A stretch of 64,000 nt of DNA from Selaginella moellendorffii (taxonomy: Eukaryota > Plantae > Lycopodiophyta), in NCBI RefSeq assembly GCF_000143415.4, contig NW_003314286.1, positions 1,859,718-1,923,717 of the forward strand, written 5' to 3'. The notes under the pieces are model-generated. The model saw nothing but the letters and a program-made list of their open reading frames with translations, was not told the DNA's origin and did no database searches. A program made the position numbers and the translations under genes. This document shows, piece after piece, positions 41,037 to 52,998 of this stretch (position 1 is the stretch's first letter; each line of letters opens with the position of its first letter).

Positions 41037-41905
41037 GGCTAGGGCTTCATTAAAACAGGGGTCAACGCCGAGACATAGATGATGGAGCTTACTCCTCGTC
41101 GCTCTTGCTCACTTAGACATCTTCCCTGGCAAAGTAAGCGTTCGATCTCATCACAACTACCACGAAGCTATGTTAGCGGATGAGGTGGTATGTTCTTGGC
41201 ATTACGTTTGTGGAGGAGGCAGCACTGGTCCCAAACTACGCTTGTCAGCTCTTTAGGAGTGAGGACTTTTTCTTCTCTGTGGAATCTTGCTCATTTGTGT
41301 GCCATCGAAAATGTCAAGGAGAAAGGAGTCCATTAGATGCTTACGATTGGTAAGAGTTTCCGTTCATTTGAAGGTCTTGTGTGTTGTTCTCTTTAGGTGT
41401 CGAGTTGCTACCGAGGACAGAATTGAAGACGCAATCCTGATACCTCCATACTGGAGCAAAATACAATCTTTGAAAGGACTTCAGGCGAGATACGCTCGTT
41501 GTACCATTGAATCACGCGGTTATTTAGTTCTGTACAAGGTGTTTTTAATCGCTACGTTCTACCCAATCTAAACGTCCAGGAGCTTTTGGCCAAAAGTTGG
41601 CACTGCATTCGCTAGTAACTTTAAAGGTATATACGTCAAAGTTTTTTTCAGAAACAACAAATATCTTGTGCCAATGCCTTTAAACAAAAAGTGAGAAAAA
41701 AGTTCATGGAAATTTTTGAGCCGCCATTAATTTTAGACAAGCTTTTCTGTGGACACCTGAACACCATAGTTTATGAGGCAAGAAACAAGGACAGAGCAAC
41801 GGCTATTAGATGCGTCCTCTTTATAAGGAAGCACTCCTACTGTTTTGTTGAGCCCAAGATTCCAAGAGTAACAAAGAAAGGGAGGGAGGCTCTCAGGCTC
41901 TCAAG

Positions 41906-42963
41906 ATGGGGAGGAGCACAAACTCTTCGACAGTGTGTTTTTGCTTGCTACTAGTCTTGTTCCTCCACAGGAGGGCAATGTGTGTTGTCATCACCGTGGG
42001 AGACTCGCTCGGCTGGACAAATTTCGATCTCTCCACGCAGAGGGTTCCAGATTATGCTGCCTGGGCCGCCTCTCAGCCAGTCGCATCGGGAGATTCCGTC
42101 GGTGAGTGGATCATCCTGTTCTTGGTCTTCTCTTCTCTAAGTTTTCTCCAGGCTTCCCTGTGAGTGTAGGTAGCGCCTTGGTTTTTTCGTTTCTCTAGTC
42201 CTTGCGCTATGGCTGCTAACAAACGATCCCGTATGAATCGTGCAGTGTTTCGATACGCTCCAGGCTTTCACAATGTGGCAATGCTTCCGTCCAAGGCCGA
42301 CTTCGACAATTGCAACTTTGCGAAGGCAACCATGCTCGACACTGGATCGTCTGGCAACTTCACGGTCTGTAGTACGCTTCCGGACCGCTTTCTCGTGACT
42401 AAAGTGGCCAAAGCTCTTGCTTTTTTCCTTTTCTTTTTGCTTTTCCAAAGTGGATAGCTCCAGAGAAGACTGGCGCGTACTACTTTGCGTGTGGATTCTC
42501 AGTGGAGGGCCAGGGAACGCACTGCGATGGCGGACAGAAAGTTACCATCAGTGTTGGCGTCTTGGCTGCTGCTCCTCCCCTGGCACTATCTCCAACTCCG
42601 GCCGGATTAGTCCTGGCCCCAGGGCTTCCTCCATCGTCACCATCGTCATCGCCATCGCCAGGAGGAGGACCAACAGGCCCTGCGGCTTCTCCAGGGATGG
42701 GACTGGTCCCAGCGATAGCTCCAGCGACGAGCGAGTCACCCAGCACCTCCATGGCGCCCAGTGGTAGCTCCGGAGCCTCGGCAGCGGTCCCTATAGAAGG
42801 GTCAGAGCAAGACAACACCTCGGTAAGAGCTTAAGCCTTTTTTTTTTCTTTCTCGATCCGAGAGAACTGACCAGAAAATGGTTTGCTGTAGGGTGGCGAT
42901 AGTCTCGTAACTTGGTGGAGGTTGATCGTCGCGTCCACCGTGGTGGCGCTGAGACTTTTGTGA
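41906..42963 (+). CDS. Phytocyanin (stellacyanin-type, Gln axial ligand) with a Pro/Ser/Ala-rich AGP-like linker and probable GPI signal, 4 exons
   Basis: Signal peptide; VGDSLGW..YAAWA..GDSV|VFRY..HNVAML..FDNC; YYFAC..HCDGGQKVTISV; terminal exon GGDSLVTWWRLIVASTVVALRLL*. Confidence 0.9.
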
Positions 42964-43289
42964 GCGAGCGAATTGACTTGAATATAGAATGGAGAGCATA
43001 CCGATGAAAGATTTTGAGTCTTTGTAGATCTAGACTCGTTCTCTAGAGATCAGGAGGGAGGAGGTCTTTCTGTCCAGGAGAAATCGTAAATGCTTGTTGA
43101 TTTTTTTCTCCTCCACTTTCCGTCATCTTCTCAATCAATTGTCATAGAGAATTCGAGAAGCCGTGTCTGGAAAAGGATGTAACGATGGCGTGAGCTTGCG
43201 AGTGAAAGAAAAAGCCATAACGCACCAGGATTGAGGCAACGGATGATCAGAAACTTTGGCAGGCTGCAGCATGACTATCTCGCTGCACC

Positions 43290-44290
43290 TGGCCCTCCTG
43301 CGTGACTCAAACGATATTGTCAAGGCATTACTCCACACAAGAAAAACAAACCTGAGTAGTCCGAGGTGAAACAATACCGTCAGCATGATGATCCGTGCGC
43401 AGTCCCGGCGGAGAAGATGAATATCTGAATGCATGCGTACTCCTGATAGCCAGCAAAACATTTTTTCTGAGAGAAGTTTTTCATAGCTCAGTACCTTCGA
43501 TCGGATAGGATAGCATAACTAGACCGAGGCGAAACAATACCACAGCATGGTGATCGACTAGTGCGCAGTCCCCGCGGAGAAGATGGATCTCTGAAGTAGA
43601 TGGATGCATGCGTACTTCTGTTAGCTAGCAAAACATTTGTTCTGAGTGTGAGTCAAGAATTTTTTCATAGCTCTCGTAAGTTTGATGGAAGGACTCCACG
43701 CTCCTCGTTAGAGTTAACCACTGAAGAAACGTTGAAAAACAAGAAAAAACCTGAGCACGGCAAGCAAGCATAGAACTCTTTTCTCGACAGCCCGAAGAAA
43801 CGAACAAAAAATACCTGTCAAGCGATCAAGCATGCTTCACTTACCTCGATCGGATATCGAGAGAATAGCATAACTAGTCCGAGAAACAATACCGTCAGCA
43901 TGATGATCGACTACTGCGCACTCCGCGGAGAAGATGGAACTCTTAAGTAAATGGATCCTGCTAGCTCTGAAAACATTTATTTTGGGTGTGAGTCAAGAAT
44001 CCTTTGATAGCTTAGTACCTCATTAAGTCTTTGATGGAATCAAAGCTCTTGCGAGGATTCATGGGCTCCCTGGAAAACCTTGTACGTAAAACCATTGTGA
44101 GCATGACAGGCAAGCATAGAACGCTTTTCTAGCAATCTTCTAGGACATGGACGCCTGGCCCCAGGAAAAACAAACAAGAAATACCAAGCAAAATGCCCCA
44201 CAAAGAGAATGCTTCGCTTACCTCGATCGGCCAGGAATGCGGTGAAGATCGGGAAACCTGGAAGCGCGGCGAGCGATGATCCAGTCCCAA
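43290..44290 (-). other. Tandemly triplicated, spliced-looking locus with no consistent ORF (lncRNA or pseudogene candidate)
   Basis: Three copies of AAACAATACC..AGCATG.TGATC..GCGCA..GCGGAGAAGATG at about 43370, 43532 and 43883, each flanked on the minus strand by CAG acceptor and AG|GT donor sites. Confidence 0.5.
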
Positions 44291-44399
44291 GCGGGCCTCC
44301 GGCCGGGCAAAATATTTTTGGCCTCTCGCCAAATAAGCCCTCAAGAATGGCGGTAAAACCCTACTAGAGGTTTGCGCGGCCTACATTCTCGACTCCACG

Positions 44400-47110
44400 A
44401 TGTTCTACTCCCACCAATTGCTCTCCAAGAAAGGTCCCTTCGGGCAGATATGGTGAGAATGCGCGCGGATCGGCGCAAGCGTCTCATCGATCTCTTCTTC
44501 TCGCGTTTATTTGCAGGATCGCGGCGACGGTGCATCCAAAGATGAACAGGAAGAGGACCGATCAGATCGACATCCAAGAGAGCTGGTTTGTTGGATTCTT
44601 GGTTGGAAATTTTGATCGGATCGATTGAAATGCGCCGATGTCTCTCCGCAGCATGCAGATCATCAATCCCGTCGTTCCTCTGGCTCTACGGCTGTCGGGA
44701 ATCCTCATGGGTAAGGGATCTCGCGATGCATGTAAGAATCGCCTCTTCTAAGATCGATCTTTCTTGCAGGAGGTATCGTGAGGATCTACAACCACAAAGT
44801 CAAATTCTTGTATGGTAAGGCCATGGTTTATTTTCTCTGCTTTCGTTCACATTCTTTCCTTGATCAAGACGATGTCACGGAGTTCCTGGTGAGGAAGTTT
44901 TCTTGGTTTTGTTCTTCCTCTCTCGATGATCACTGTTCGTTGGCTCCAGTTTAAGATGAAAACCAAACAAGCCGCGCTGAAGACCGAGGACACTACCAGG
45001 CTTCCTCAAAGGAGAGCTCGCGCTAAGTACGTAAGATGTTGTTTATCTTAAGCTGGCTCCACGCGATCTGTGACTCCAGGTTCGAAGCGATCACGATTGA
45101 TGGCACCGAAGAAACCTTCCAGGATTTCGAGCGCGCGATGCTGGAGCCGGAAACACCGGACCAGGACGATCCCGAGTTTTTCACGGTTCCTCCTCCGGTG
45201 GCGAGAACCAGACCCAACCGATTTCAAGGTACGTGTCATCAACACGAGATCTAATGAGGTGAAGGAGGTTTGTAAGAACAGCTGACAACGAAGACATCAC
45301 GCTGAATGAGGATAGTGTTCGCTCCTTCGCCACTGTTTTGGATGACGATGTCGAGAGGTAGGCAAACATGGATAGTTTCTAAAGCGCGCTAAGCTTTTCT
45401 TTGTTTCAGGGAAGAAAGTGAGTACAGGTTCCAGCAGCCTGAGAACTTTATTGACGACATGATTACTATGAATGCCCCGCTTCAAGGTAGAGCTGGTTGA
45501 AAAATGCAAAGCTTACATAACGACTAAATGCTGTTCAAGTTCCAAATGGACTTGAACCGATATCTGAAGAACGGGATGGCGACAACGAAAAAGGTGAAGA
45601 CAAAGGACCAAAGTCGGTAAGCATCTGCCTCTACTACTCATTTCTTTTGTTATGCATTACTTTTGTAGCCGGAGCCTCATAAGCCGCGAAAGAAAAGAAA
45701 GACGATCAAGCGGCAGAAGAAACTCGTCTACGACGTCGAGTTGACTGAGATTCCAGCTCAAGTTTTCCAGTCCTGGCTGCAGGACACTTCAAATATCATC
45801 TACAGAAGAAATAGACGAAAGGTATGTGAACAGCGTTTTGCCTTCACTGACATTGCGATCAAACAGCTGTATACACAAGCATCGGCTGAAAGAGCAAAAG
45901 TGATGCTGAACAATCCCTTAACTTTCTTAGGCTGCGGTACCATACCGAAGTCACTTTTACCAGCCTCAATCGTTGATCTGTGGTCCAAAGCAACCGTGGT
46001 GACTCCAAGGAATGAACAACAAAAGACTACTTCTGAGCAGCAGAAACAACAAGAACAGCAAACATCTGCCAAACAGCAGGACCAGCAAGTATCTGCTGAT
46101 CAATCGGTAGCACTACAGTAGCACTTAGAAGCTATTTCACTGATGTTTTGCTCGCAGCCTCCTCCGCCGTTGGAATTCGCGTTCGAAGAGCCCGAGCGTT
46201 TTGAGGCACCTTTTAACTTTGAGAATTACGGCTCCGTCGAGAAACTACGAGCACCCGTTCAAACTCCTGTTACAGGAAGCGAAGGAGGCAGCTTCTTTGA
46301 TGTCCAAACCGGAGTGACTCCAAATATTTCAGGTTCCCCGCTTATAAAAAACTCCTTGGCGCAACAACTAACATTTCTTTTGTGTGTGTTTTTCCAGTGA
46401 ACAGCGTCATGAATTCTAAACGAAAAAGGAGCTCTCAATCCACCGACAAGCTCGTTCCCGACGTTGTGGGGGATTATCCGACCAGCTTGAGGTCTGAAAA
46501 CTTGCATGCCTCGAATTGCACTAACTAAAGAGTTTTCTGAATGTTTTTCAAGGTCCAAGAGGTCGCGAGCGTCGGAACGCAAGAGTGACTCGCCTTTTGG
46601 TACTGATTTTTATACCAACGACGTTTTCCCGGAAGAAAGAACTCCAGACATCACAGTTCTACCAAGCCAATTTGGTAAGCTTGAAAGAAAACATTTCAAC
46701 TGTTTAGAACTTTCGCGTGTCTCCGCCAGAAACAGAGCCGACTCAAGCCGCACAGGCCTATCAACGCGACTTAGACAAGCTCACAAGCATCATGCTCCAG
46801 TAAGCTGCTCCGAGTTTTTTCGATCATGATGATACCATGAGAAACATTTCAGGTACTTGCGGGAGCACTTCATCAGCTCTCCGGGGATCAAGGCGTTGTC
46901 CCTCGATAGCCTTACGGAAGGCATGAACGCCTCTCAGGGAGCAAAGATGTTCTTCCACATCTGCGGTGAGTCTCGATAGTGTTTTTTTTTTCTTACCAGT
47001 GAGCTATGTTATGTTTCGTTCGTGCAGTCTTAGCTTCAAATAGCTATCTCAGTGTGCTACAAAAGGAAGCTTATGGCGACATCCTCATTGGAAGAGGAAG
47101 CCTCTTTTGA
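44400..47110 (+). CDS. REC8: Meiotic alpha-kleisin cohesin subunit REC8/SYN1, many small exons
   Basis: MFYSHQLLSKKGPFGQIW|IAATVHPKMNRK..INPVVPLALRLSGILM|GGIVRIY; C-terminal winged helix GMNASQGAKMFFHIC|VLASNSYLSVLQKEAYGDILI; MFYSHQLL and LSGILMGG are SYN1-type rather than RAD21-type. Confidence 0.9.
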
Positions 47111-47226
47111 TTCACCTGCGTGGAAGCAAGAACAACAAGAACGTTTTTTGGCCGCGTTCCGGACTTTTCAAAGGGTTGACGAGACTTTCGTAAGTAAAAA
47201 TTCTTCTTTCCGCGAGCTACGGAGCA

Positions 47227-48294
47227 ATGGCGATGGAGTCCAACCGCAGCGTCAACAAATGGATGCGTAAGTTCTTCCCGAAAGCGAGCGAGCAGGATAG
47301 GGGCGAGCTGATCGATCTCTGGCGGAGAATGGAGAGCGTGAGATTCCCCGATCCGGACGGGACCGCGCTGAGCGAGGAGGAGCTCCTGGAGCGCACGCCC
47401 AGGGCGGAGATCCGCGAGACGGACATGGGGGATATGATTGGAAAGGGGAGCTACGCAGTGGTGCACCAAGTGGAGTGGAATGACAAATCCTATGCCATGA
47501 AGAGCTTCTCCAGCAAATCCGAGGCGCTGCGCGAGCTGGCCATCCAATCCAAGCTCTCCGGTCACCCGCACATCCTCGCTTCGCTCGCCTACGCCGAGAT
47601 CCCCCGAGCCAGCGACGCCCAGAGCGACAAATTCTCCATCCTCATGGAGCTCTTCGTCGGCAGCATCGATCGTAGGGGCCGATCGATCGATACCCTCGCC
47701 GAATTCGGGGCCGCGGACGCGCTGGAGATCATGCTCCAGCTCGCGCGTGCGCTACTGTTCATCCACTCGCAGAGGATCATGCACCGCGATGTCAAGCCCG
47801 GCAATGTGCTCTATCGATCGAAGGACCCAGCCCAGGAGGGATTCGTGCGCGGCGGGACGATGGTCAAGCTCGCGGATTTTGGGACCTCGCGATTCATCCG
47901 CGAGGGATCCTACGTCCACACCTCCAGGAGGGGGAGCAAATGCTACTGGGCGCCCGAGGTCGTACAGGATGGCCCAACGTGCCCGTACACGGACAAGGCT
48001 GACGTGTACAGCTTCGCTATGACATGCTATGCCATTGGTACGGGAAGAACGCCGCTGGAGCGCTACGCTGGGCTGAGCTCGCGGGATTTCTACCGCAAAG
48101 TGCGCGGGTGGGGGTGTATTTTGCCGGGGAAGCGGCCAAAGGTGCCGCGATGGATGGATCCGTCGCTGGCGAGAGTGATGAAGCAGTGCTGGCATTCCAC
48201 GCCCGAGGAGCGCCCGCCGATGGGGGTGGTGTGCTGGGCGCTCGAGTTCCTGGCGGCGCGGGCTAGCGGCGCCGCCCGCGCGGAGCTGAGGTGA
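47227..48294 (+). CDS. Protein kinase (TKL/Raf-like fold)
   Basis: IGKGSYAVV, YAMK, HRDVKPGN, KLADFG, YWAPE, ADVYSFAM, CWHSTPEERP. Confidence 0.9.
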   Translation: MAMESNRSVNKWMRKFFPKASEQDRGELIDLWRRMESVRFPDPDGTALSEEELLERTPRAEIRETDMGDMIGKGSYAVVHQVEWNDKSYAMKSFSSKSEALRELAIQSKLSGHPHILASLAYAEIPRASDAQSDKFSILMELFVGSIDRRGRSIDTLAEFGAADALEIMLQLARALLFIHSQRIMHRDVKPGNVLYRSKDPAQEGFVRGGTMVKLADFGTSRFIREGSYVHTSRRGSKCYWAPEVVQDGPTCPYTDKADVYSFAMTCYAIGTGRTPLERYAGLSSRDFYRKVRGWGCILPGKRPKVPRWMDPSLARVMKQCWHSTPEERPPMGVVCWALEFLAARASGAARAELR

Positions 48295-48772
48295 GTGGAG
48301 AAGAGGAGTGGGAATTGATGGATCACTGATGGCTTTGCCCTGTCGCAGCCCCGCATTGTACCCGATTGTCAACGATCGCCCGTGAAACTCTGCGAGGATT
48401 GTGCCAAATTGCTCAAATGGGCCATGAATGAGGGAGGAATCGATCGAATTCTAAGATTTTCTTTGTCTGGCAGATCTTTCTTGGCTGCTCCAAGCGTTTC
48501 ATTCTTTGATTTGTTTGTCTGATCATGATCAATTCAAACTCACGGGCTGGCGGTGCGTGTTGAATTTCGCGGAGCTTGTCAACAAGAGTTTTGTCCCCAT
48601 TTTCGGATTGCTGGGAAATTGACGAGATTCCGCCCATGTTGCACGATCCCGGTTCTTCCGACATAACGGCAGGAGAGATGCCGCGGATATTCTGTTTGAG
48701 GCCACTTCAAATCTGGGCCGTCCGTTACCATGGCGCTTCTCTCGCCTCCGAGCTCTCGCCCATGGACGAGGA

Positions 48773-50377
48773 ATGACGACGGCGAGCTCCAAGAAGAAGG
48801 AAGCTATGGCGGTGTGCGGCAGCCGTGGCCGTGGGCTGCCATATACGTGGCAATGCATCTGGGCGTTGGCGGTGGCGGCGTCGATGATCGTCTACTCTCT
48901 CGCATTGTTCAATGGCCCTTCCTCTTCCTCCTCCACCTCCTGCGCGAGGGATCGCTCCAGCAATCGCGAGCTCGCGGCGGCGAGGAGGAGCAGCGGCGGC
49001 CATGGCGATCAGGAATCGCTGTGGGAGTGGCGCGGGGATTTGCGGCAGATGGAGGCGGCGTGGAACCGGCTGTGCTTCGGCCCCATCCAGGAACGCCTCC
49101 GGATCGCGCTCTTCGTCAAGAAGTGGCCAGTCGGGGGCGTCCCGGGTGGCCTGGAGCGCCACGCTCTCACGCTCCACCGCAATCTCGCCGCCAGGGGCCA
49201 CGAGATCCACGTCTACACCTCCGCCGCTGCTGGCTCCGACAATCCGGAAGAGCTCCTGGACGATCAACAGGATCACGAAGAACGGGGGCTCTTGCGTGTC
49301 CACTTCTCCCGCCCCAACGCCGGCGGTGGATTCGACTATCACCGCGCCTGGGACCAATTCCTCGCCGACAACTCCACTCATCCGGGCGGATTCGACATCG
49401 TCCACTCGGAGAGCGTCGCGCTGCCGCACTGGAAGGCCCAGCTCCTGGGATCCAACCTCGCCGCCTCCTGGCACGGCATCGGCTACGAGATCATCCACTC
49501 GGACCTTGTCCAGGATCTGGTACGCAAGCCCGGCGAGCCGCGCAGCGCTGACCTCCAGCGATCACTTGGCGAGCGCCTGACGCGCGTGGCGGACGAGATC
49601 AAGTTCTTCCCCAGCTACCGCCACCACGTCGCCACCAGCGACTACGTGGGCGACGTCCTCCAGACCATCTACGAGATTCCGCTCCGGAATGTCCACACCA
49701 TCCTCAACGGCGTGGATGAGTCGCGGTTCCGCCCGAGCCTGGACGCAGGCTCGGCATTCCGCCGCAAGTACGGCGTGCCGGTCAACGCCAGTCTCGTCTT
49801 CGGCGCCGCCGGTCGCCTGGTCCGCGACAAGGGCCACCCGCTGCTCTTCGAGGCCTTCTCGCGGATAGCCGCGCGTCACCCCGGGGTGTTCTTGCTCGTC
49901 GCGGGCCACGGCCCCTGGGCCGACCGCTACCGCGAGCTCGCGCCAAATGCCAAGACGCTCGGCCCCATGGATCCCGCGCACCTCGCCGACTTCTACAACG
50001 CGCTCGACGTCTTCGTCAATCCGACGCTGCGCTCGCAGGGGCTGGATCACACTCTCCTCGAGGCCATGCAGTGCGGTAAGCCGCTACTGGCGACGCACTT
50101 CTCGAGCATCACTTGGAGTGTGGTGGTGAGCAGCGACTTTGGCCATACTTTCTCGCCCAACGTCGACTCGCTGGAGCAGGCTATGGAGGCCGTGATCGCG
50201 CAGGGCCGCGACACCATGCGACGTAAAGGAGAGCTCTGCCGCGACTATGCTTCGCTTATGTTCACGGCCACCAAGATGGGAGCTGCGTACGAGCGCCTCT
50301 TCCTGTGCATGAAGAACGAGAGTTACTGCCAGTATCCGCTACCTGGAGACTGCCCGGTTGAGCCCAGCAAGTACTAG
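48773..50377 (+). CDS. GT4 (GT-B, Glycos_transf_1) glycosyltransferase with an N-terminal membrane anchor
   Basis: KKWPVGGVPGGLERHALTLH, FDIVHSES, ILNGVD, AGRLVRDKGHPLL, DVFVNPTLRSQGLDHTLLEAMQCG. Confidence 0.92.
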   Translation: MTTASSKKKEAMAVCGSRGRGLPYTWQCIWALAVAASMIVYSLALFNGPSSSSSTSCARDRSSNRELAAARRSSGGHGDQESLWEWRGDLRQMEAAWNRLCFGPIQERLRIALFVKKWPVGGVPGGLERHALTLHRNLAARGHEIHVYTSAAAGSDNPEELLDDQQDHEERGLLRVHFSRPNAGGGFDYHRAWDQFLADNSTHPGGFDIVHSESVALPHWKAQLLGSNLAASWHGIGYEIIHSDLVQDLVRKPGEPRSADLQRSLGERLTRVADEIKFFPSYRHHVATSDYVGDVLQTIYEIPLRNVHTILNGVDESRFRPSLDAGSAFRRKYGVPVNASLVFGAAGRLVRDKGHPLLFEAFSRIAARHPGVFLLVAGHGPWADRYRELAPNAKTLGPMDPAHLADFYNALDVFVNPTLRSQGLDHTLLEAMQCGKPLLATHFSSITWSVVVSSDFGHTFSPNVDSLEQAMEAVIAQGRDTMRRKGELCRDYASLMFTATKMGAAYERLFLCMKNESYCQYPLPGDCPVEPSKY

Positions 50378-50588
50378 AACACGATGGAACTTTTTTATTC
50401 GTTCTTTGTTTTAGATCTCCAAGTTGTCCTCCACAAGCAAGCTTCCCTGTGATTTATTCCTTCCAGCCGAGCGTCATGGCAGCAGCAAAGATGTACAATA
50501 CGTGATTGATACACTTACAGAGCGGAGGAATCTTAGATCGTGTATAGAAACAACGACTTTTTTTTTTTCTGATTTTTTCGGGGGTTCA

Positions 50589-52315
50589 TCAGTAGTATGC
50601 TTTCCTGGGATTGTTCTGAATGAACACGACCGGGTTTGTGTCTCGAGATTCCACGAAAACAAATAGAGAAAGCTTACCAGTGGATTAGGACGGAACCTGT
50701 AACCCAGCATCATACGTTTCTTGTACTGCTCGTAGATGTCGTCCTCAGAGTTTACTTCGCCAGGTTGCTGGGCTCCCAATCCCAGATTGTTTAGCTTCAC
50801 TTGTCCCGCTTGCACCGGATCGGCACGGCCACCTCTAGCACTTCCAAGTCCCTCACCTGAAGCATATAAAGCAACTATTACAAACAAGGAGAAATTTTTT
50901 CGAATGCATTACCTTCTTTCCATCCCATCTTGGACAGTAGACGATGGCCTACATTGTCTGCTTGAATCCTGGCTTTCTCGGTTGCTTCTAGTATGTTTTT
51001 CTGAGCACTGACGTCGTTGCATTTCGCCATAAATCTTTCCAGCTCTTCCTGAGGAATGTAGTCTCCCATATGGTGACCCCTCTTTGTGGAGGCTGCATAG
51101 TGACTGTCAGCACGAATCTCAAGACCTTATCCTTACGTGTACTCGTCAGTGACAACGGTGGAGGCATTTCATCTTTGGTTTGCTTAGGAGCCTTTCGGAG
51201 GTCCTCCTGGGCTGCCTTTTTCATATAAAAGTCCATCATAGCCAAAGAGTCTGGCTCTGTTGATTGTTTGGCTGAAACAGTAGAGTCAGAACCCCGAATA
51301 TTTAAACACTTTGCATACCTGTGTCTTGCTCCTGCTCATGGCGTGCTTCTTCCCCGTTCTCGTATAGAGCCGAGGCAGGGGTCTGAAAGTTTGTACGTTG
51401 TGAGCTTCTCTGTGGAAACGATTGTTGCCGAGATGGTGTGGCTGAAAAACTTATCCCAACATAAACCAGCTAGCACCAGATGTGAGTAACATTTTACCAT
51501 GTTGCAACACGATCGGAGTATGGGGCTTATTGAGGAAGGATTCCTCCTCAGCAAGCTTGTGCTCGTAATACTTGTAGTCCGAGCAATTAACATCGAACAG
51601 AAACCTGCCAAAGAAAAGAGATAAACGCTATTCATGCACCACCATAACAAAATAGAAAACAAGCGAAAGAAGCAAGCATTCCAAAAACACCACAATTCCC
51701 TCTCAATGGCCTACCCAAAACGAGGATCCGTAGGGTTCTTCTGCCGAGTGATATCTTCGAATTCCCGACCACTTTTTGCAACAAAACTGGCAAGCTTCTC
51801 CGCTACCTTTCTCACATCAGGATCAAGAGGAGGGGCCGGCAGAGCTGCAAGCATGAGACAGGTTTCAATCAAACCACTTAACGAAACTGAACTGAATTAC
51901 CTGAGTGCGAGGGAGCGTCAACAACATCAAACCTCTGCTTCTTCGCGGGTCTCTCCATCACCACCTTGGCAGCCGCAGGAGCAGTACTAGCGGCAGCAGC
52001 ACTCTCCTCCTCATCATCATCGTTGTCACCCAGCTTCAATGGATTCACCGCAGGCCTAACTACCTTGGCCTTCAAACTGAACGCTAACTTCCCGTTTGAC
52101 GCTGGCGTTACGGGAGGTGCCTTGGAACCTATGCAGCAATTCTTCTTGATCGTGATGCTCACGGGCTGAACTCCCGTGCTAGAACTAGTGCTGCTAGTGC
52201 TCGTGCTCGGCGGCTCACTCACAGCGCTAGTAGTAGCGGCCACAGCGGGAGCCCCTTGCATTTGCTTAAACCTCTCGAGAAAAGAGCCATCGTTGGGAAA
52301 CGGCGGGGTGCTCAT
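50589..52315 (-). CDS. SURP and G-patch domain protein (SUGP1/SF4-like), multi-exon
   Basis: FPNDGSFLERFKQ; SURP VAEKLASFVAKSGREFEDITRQKNP; HHMGDYIPQEELERF; G-patch NVGHRLLSKMGWKEG|EGLG; YKKRMMLGYRFRPNPL|NNPRKAYY*. Confidence 0.93.
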
Positions 52316-52998
52316 CTTCCCTTCCCTGTTTGTTTCTCCCTCCTTTCTCACTTTTTTTCGACCTATTCCTCAAACCTGTGCCTGCGCTGCCAGATTTTTC
52401 TCACATACTCTTCTTCTCCCTCGCTGCTCCGGAGGAAACCGGTACCGTGCTGATACCCTGCTCAATTCCCTGGTCAGCAATCTGGTTCTCAACATTCTCA
52501 TGGCTCTAGCTAGCGATTCTTCCCTAAATCCCCCTCTCCAGGCCAGAATCACAGAGAACAAAGCAATCCAGCCAGAAAATCCCACGCCACAGACAGATCG
52601 GGGGAGAGAGAGAGAGACACCCATACCTTTCTCCGCGACGACGGCCAGCGCCCTAACTTGGATAAAATGGTTTCTAGGGCAAGCAGTTTGGGCCACAAAA
52701 AATTATAAAAAGGGGGTTTAAGAAGAATATTCGTTTCTAAAGGTGTGCCTCGTTTGTGGGACGGAAATCGTCCAAGGGGGCGGTCATGCGTTCCTTATTC
52801 TAGGGTTTGGGCGAAAGCAAAAGATCGGCTTATCGGCGTGGGCGGCGATGCTCGGGGATCGATCGACCGCGACGGCGCCCGCGCTGTGCTAGGTCGGCCG
52901 CGGCGCTGCTGCGATTCCAATGAGGTAACAAAATCCGCGGCCTCCTCTTGTGTGGTGCCTTTTCTTTCCCCGATTTCGCGAGAATCGGAGCTCCGGCC

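Noticed and set aside
43384-43432. ATGATGA...CTGA box C/D snoRNA-like pattern on the plus strand
   Set aside because: Only about 45 nt, and the boxes are not conserved in the other two repeat copies
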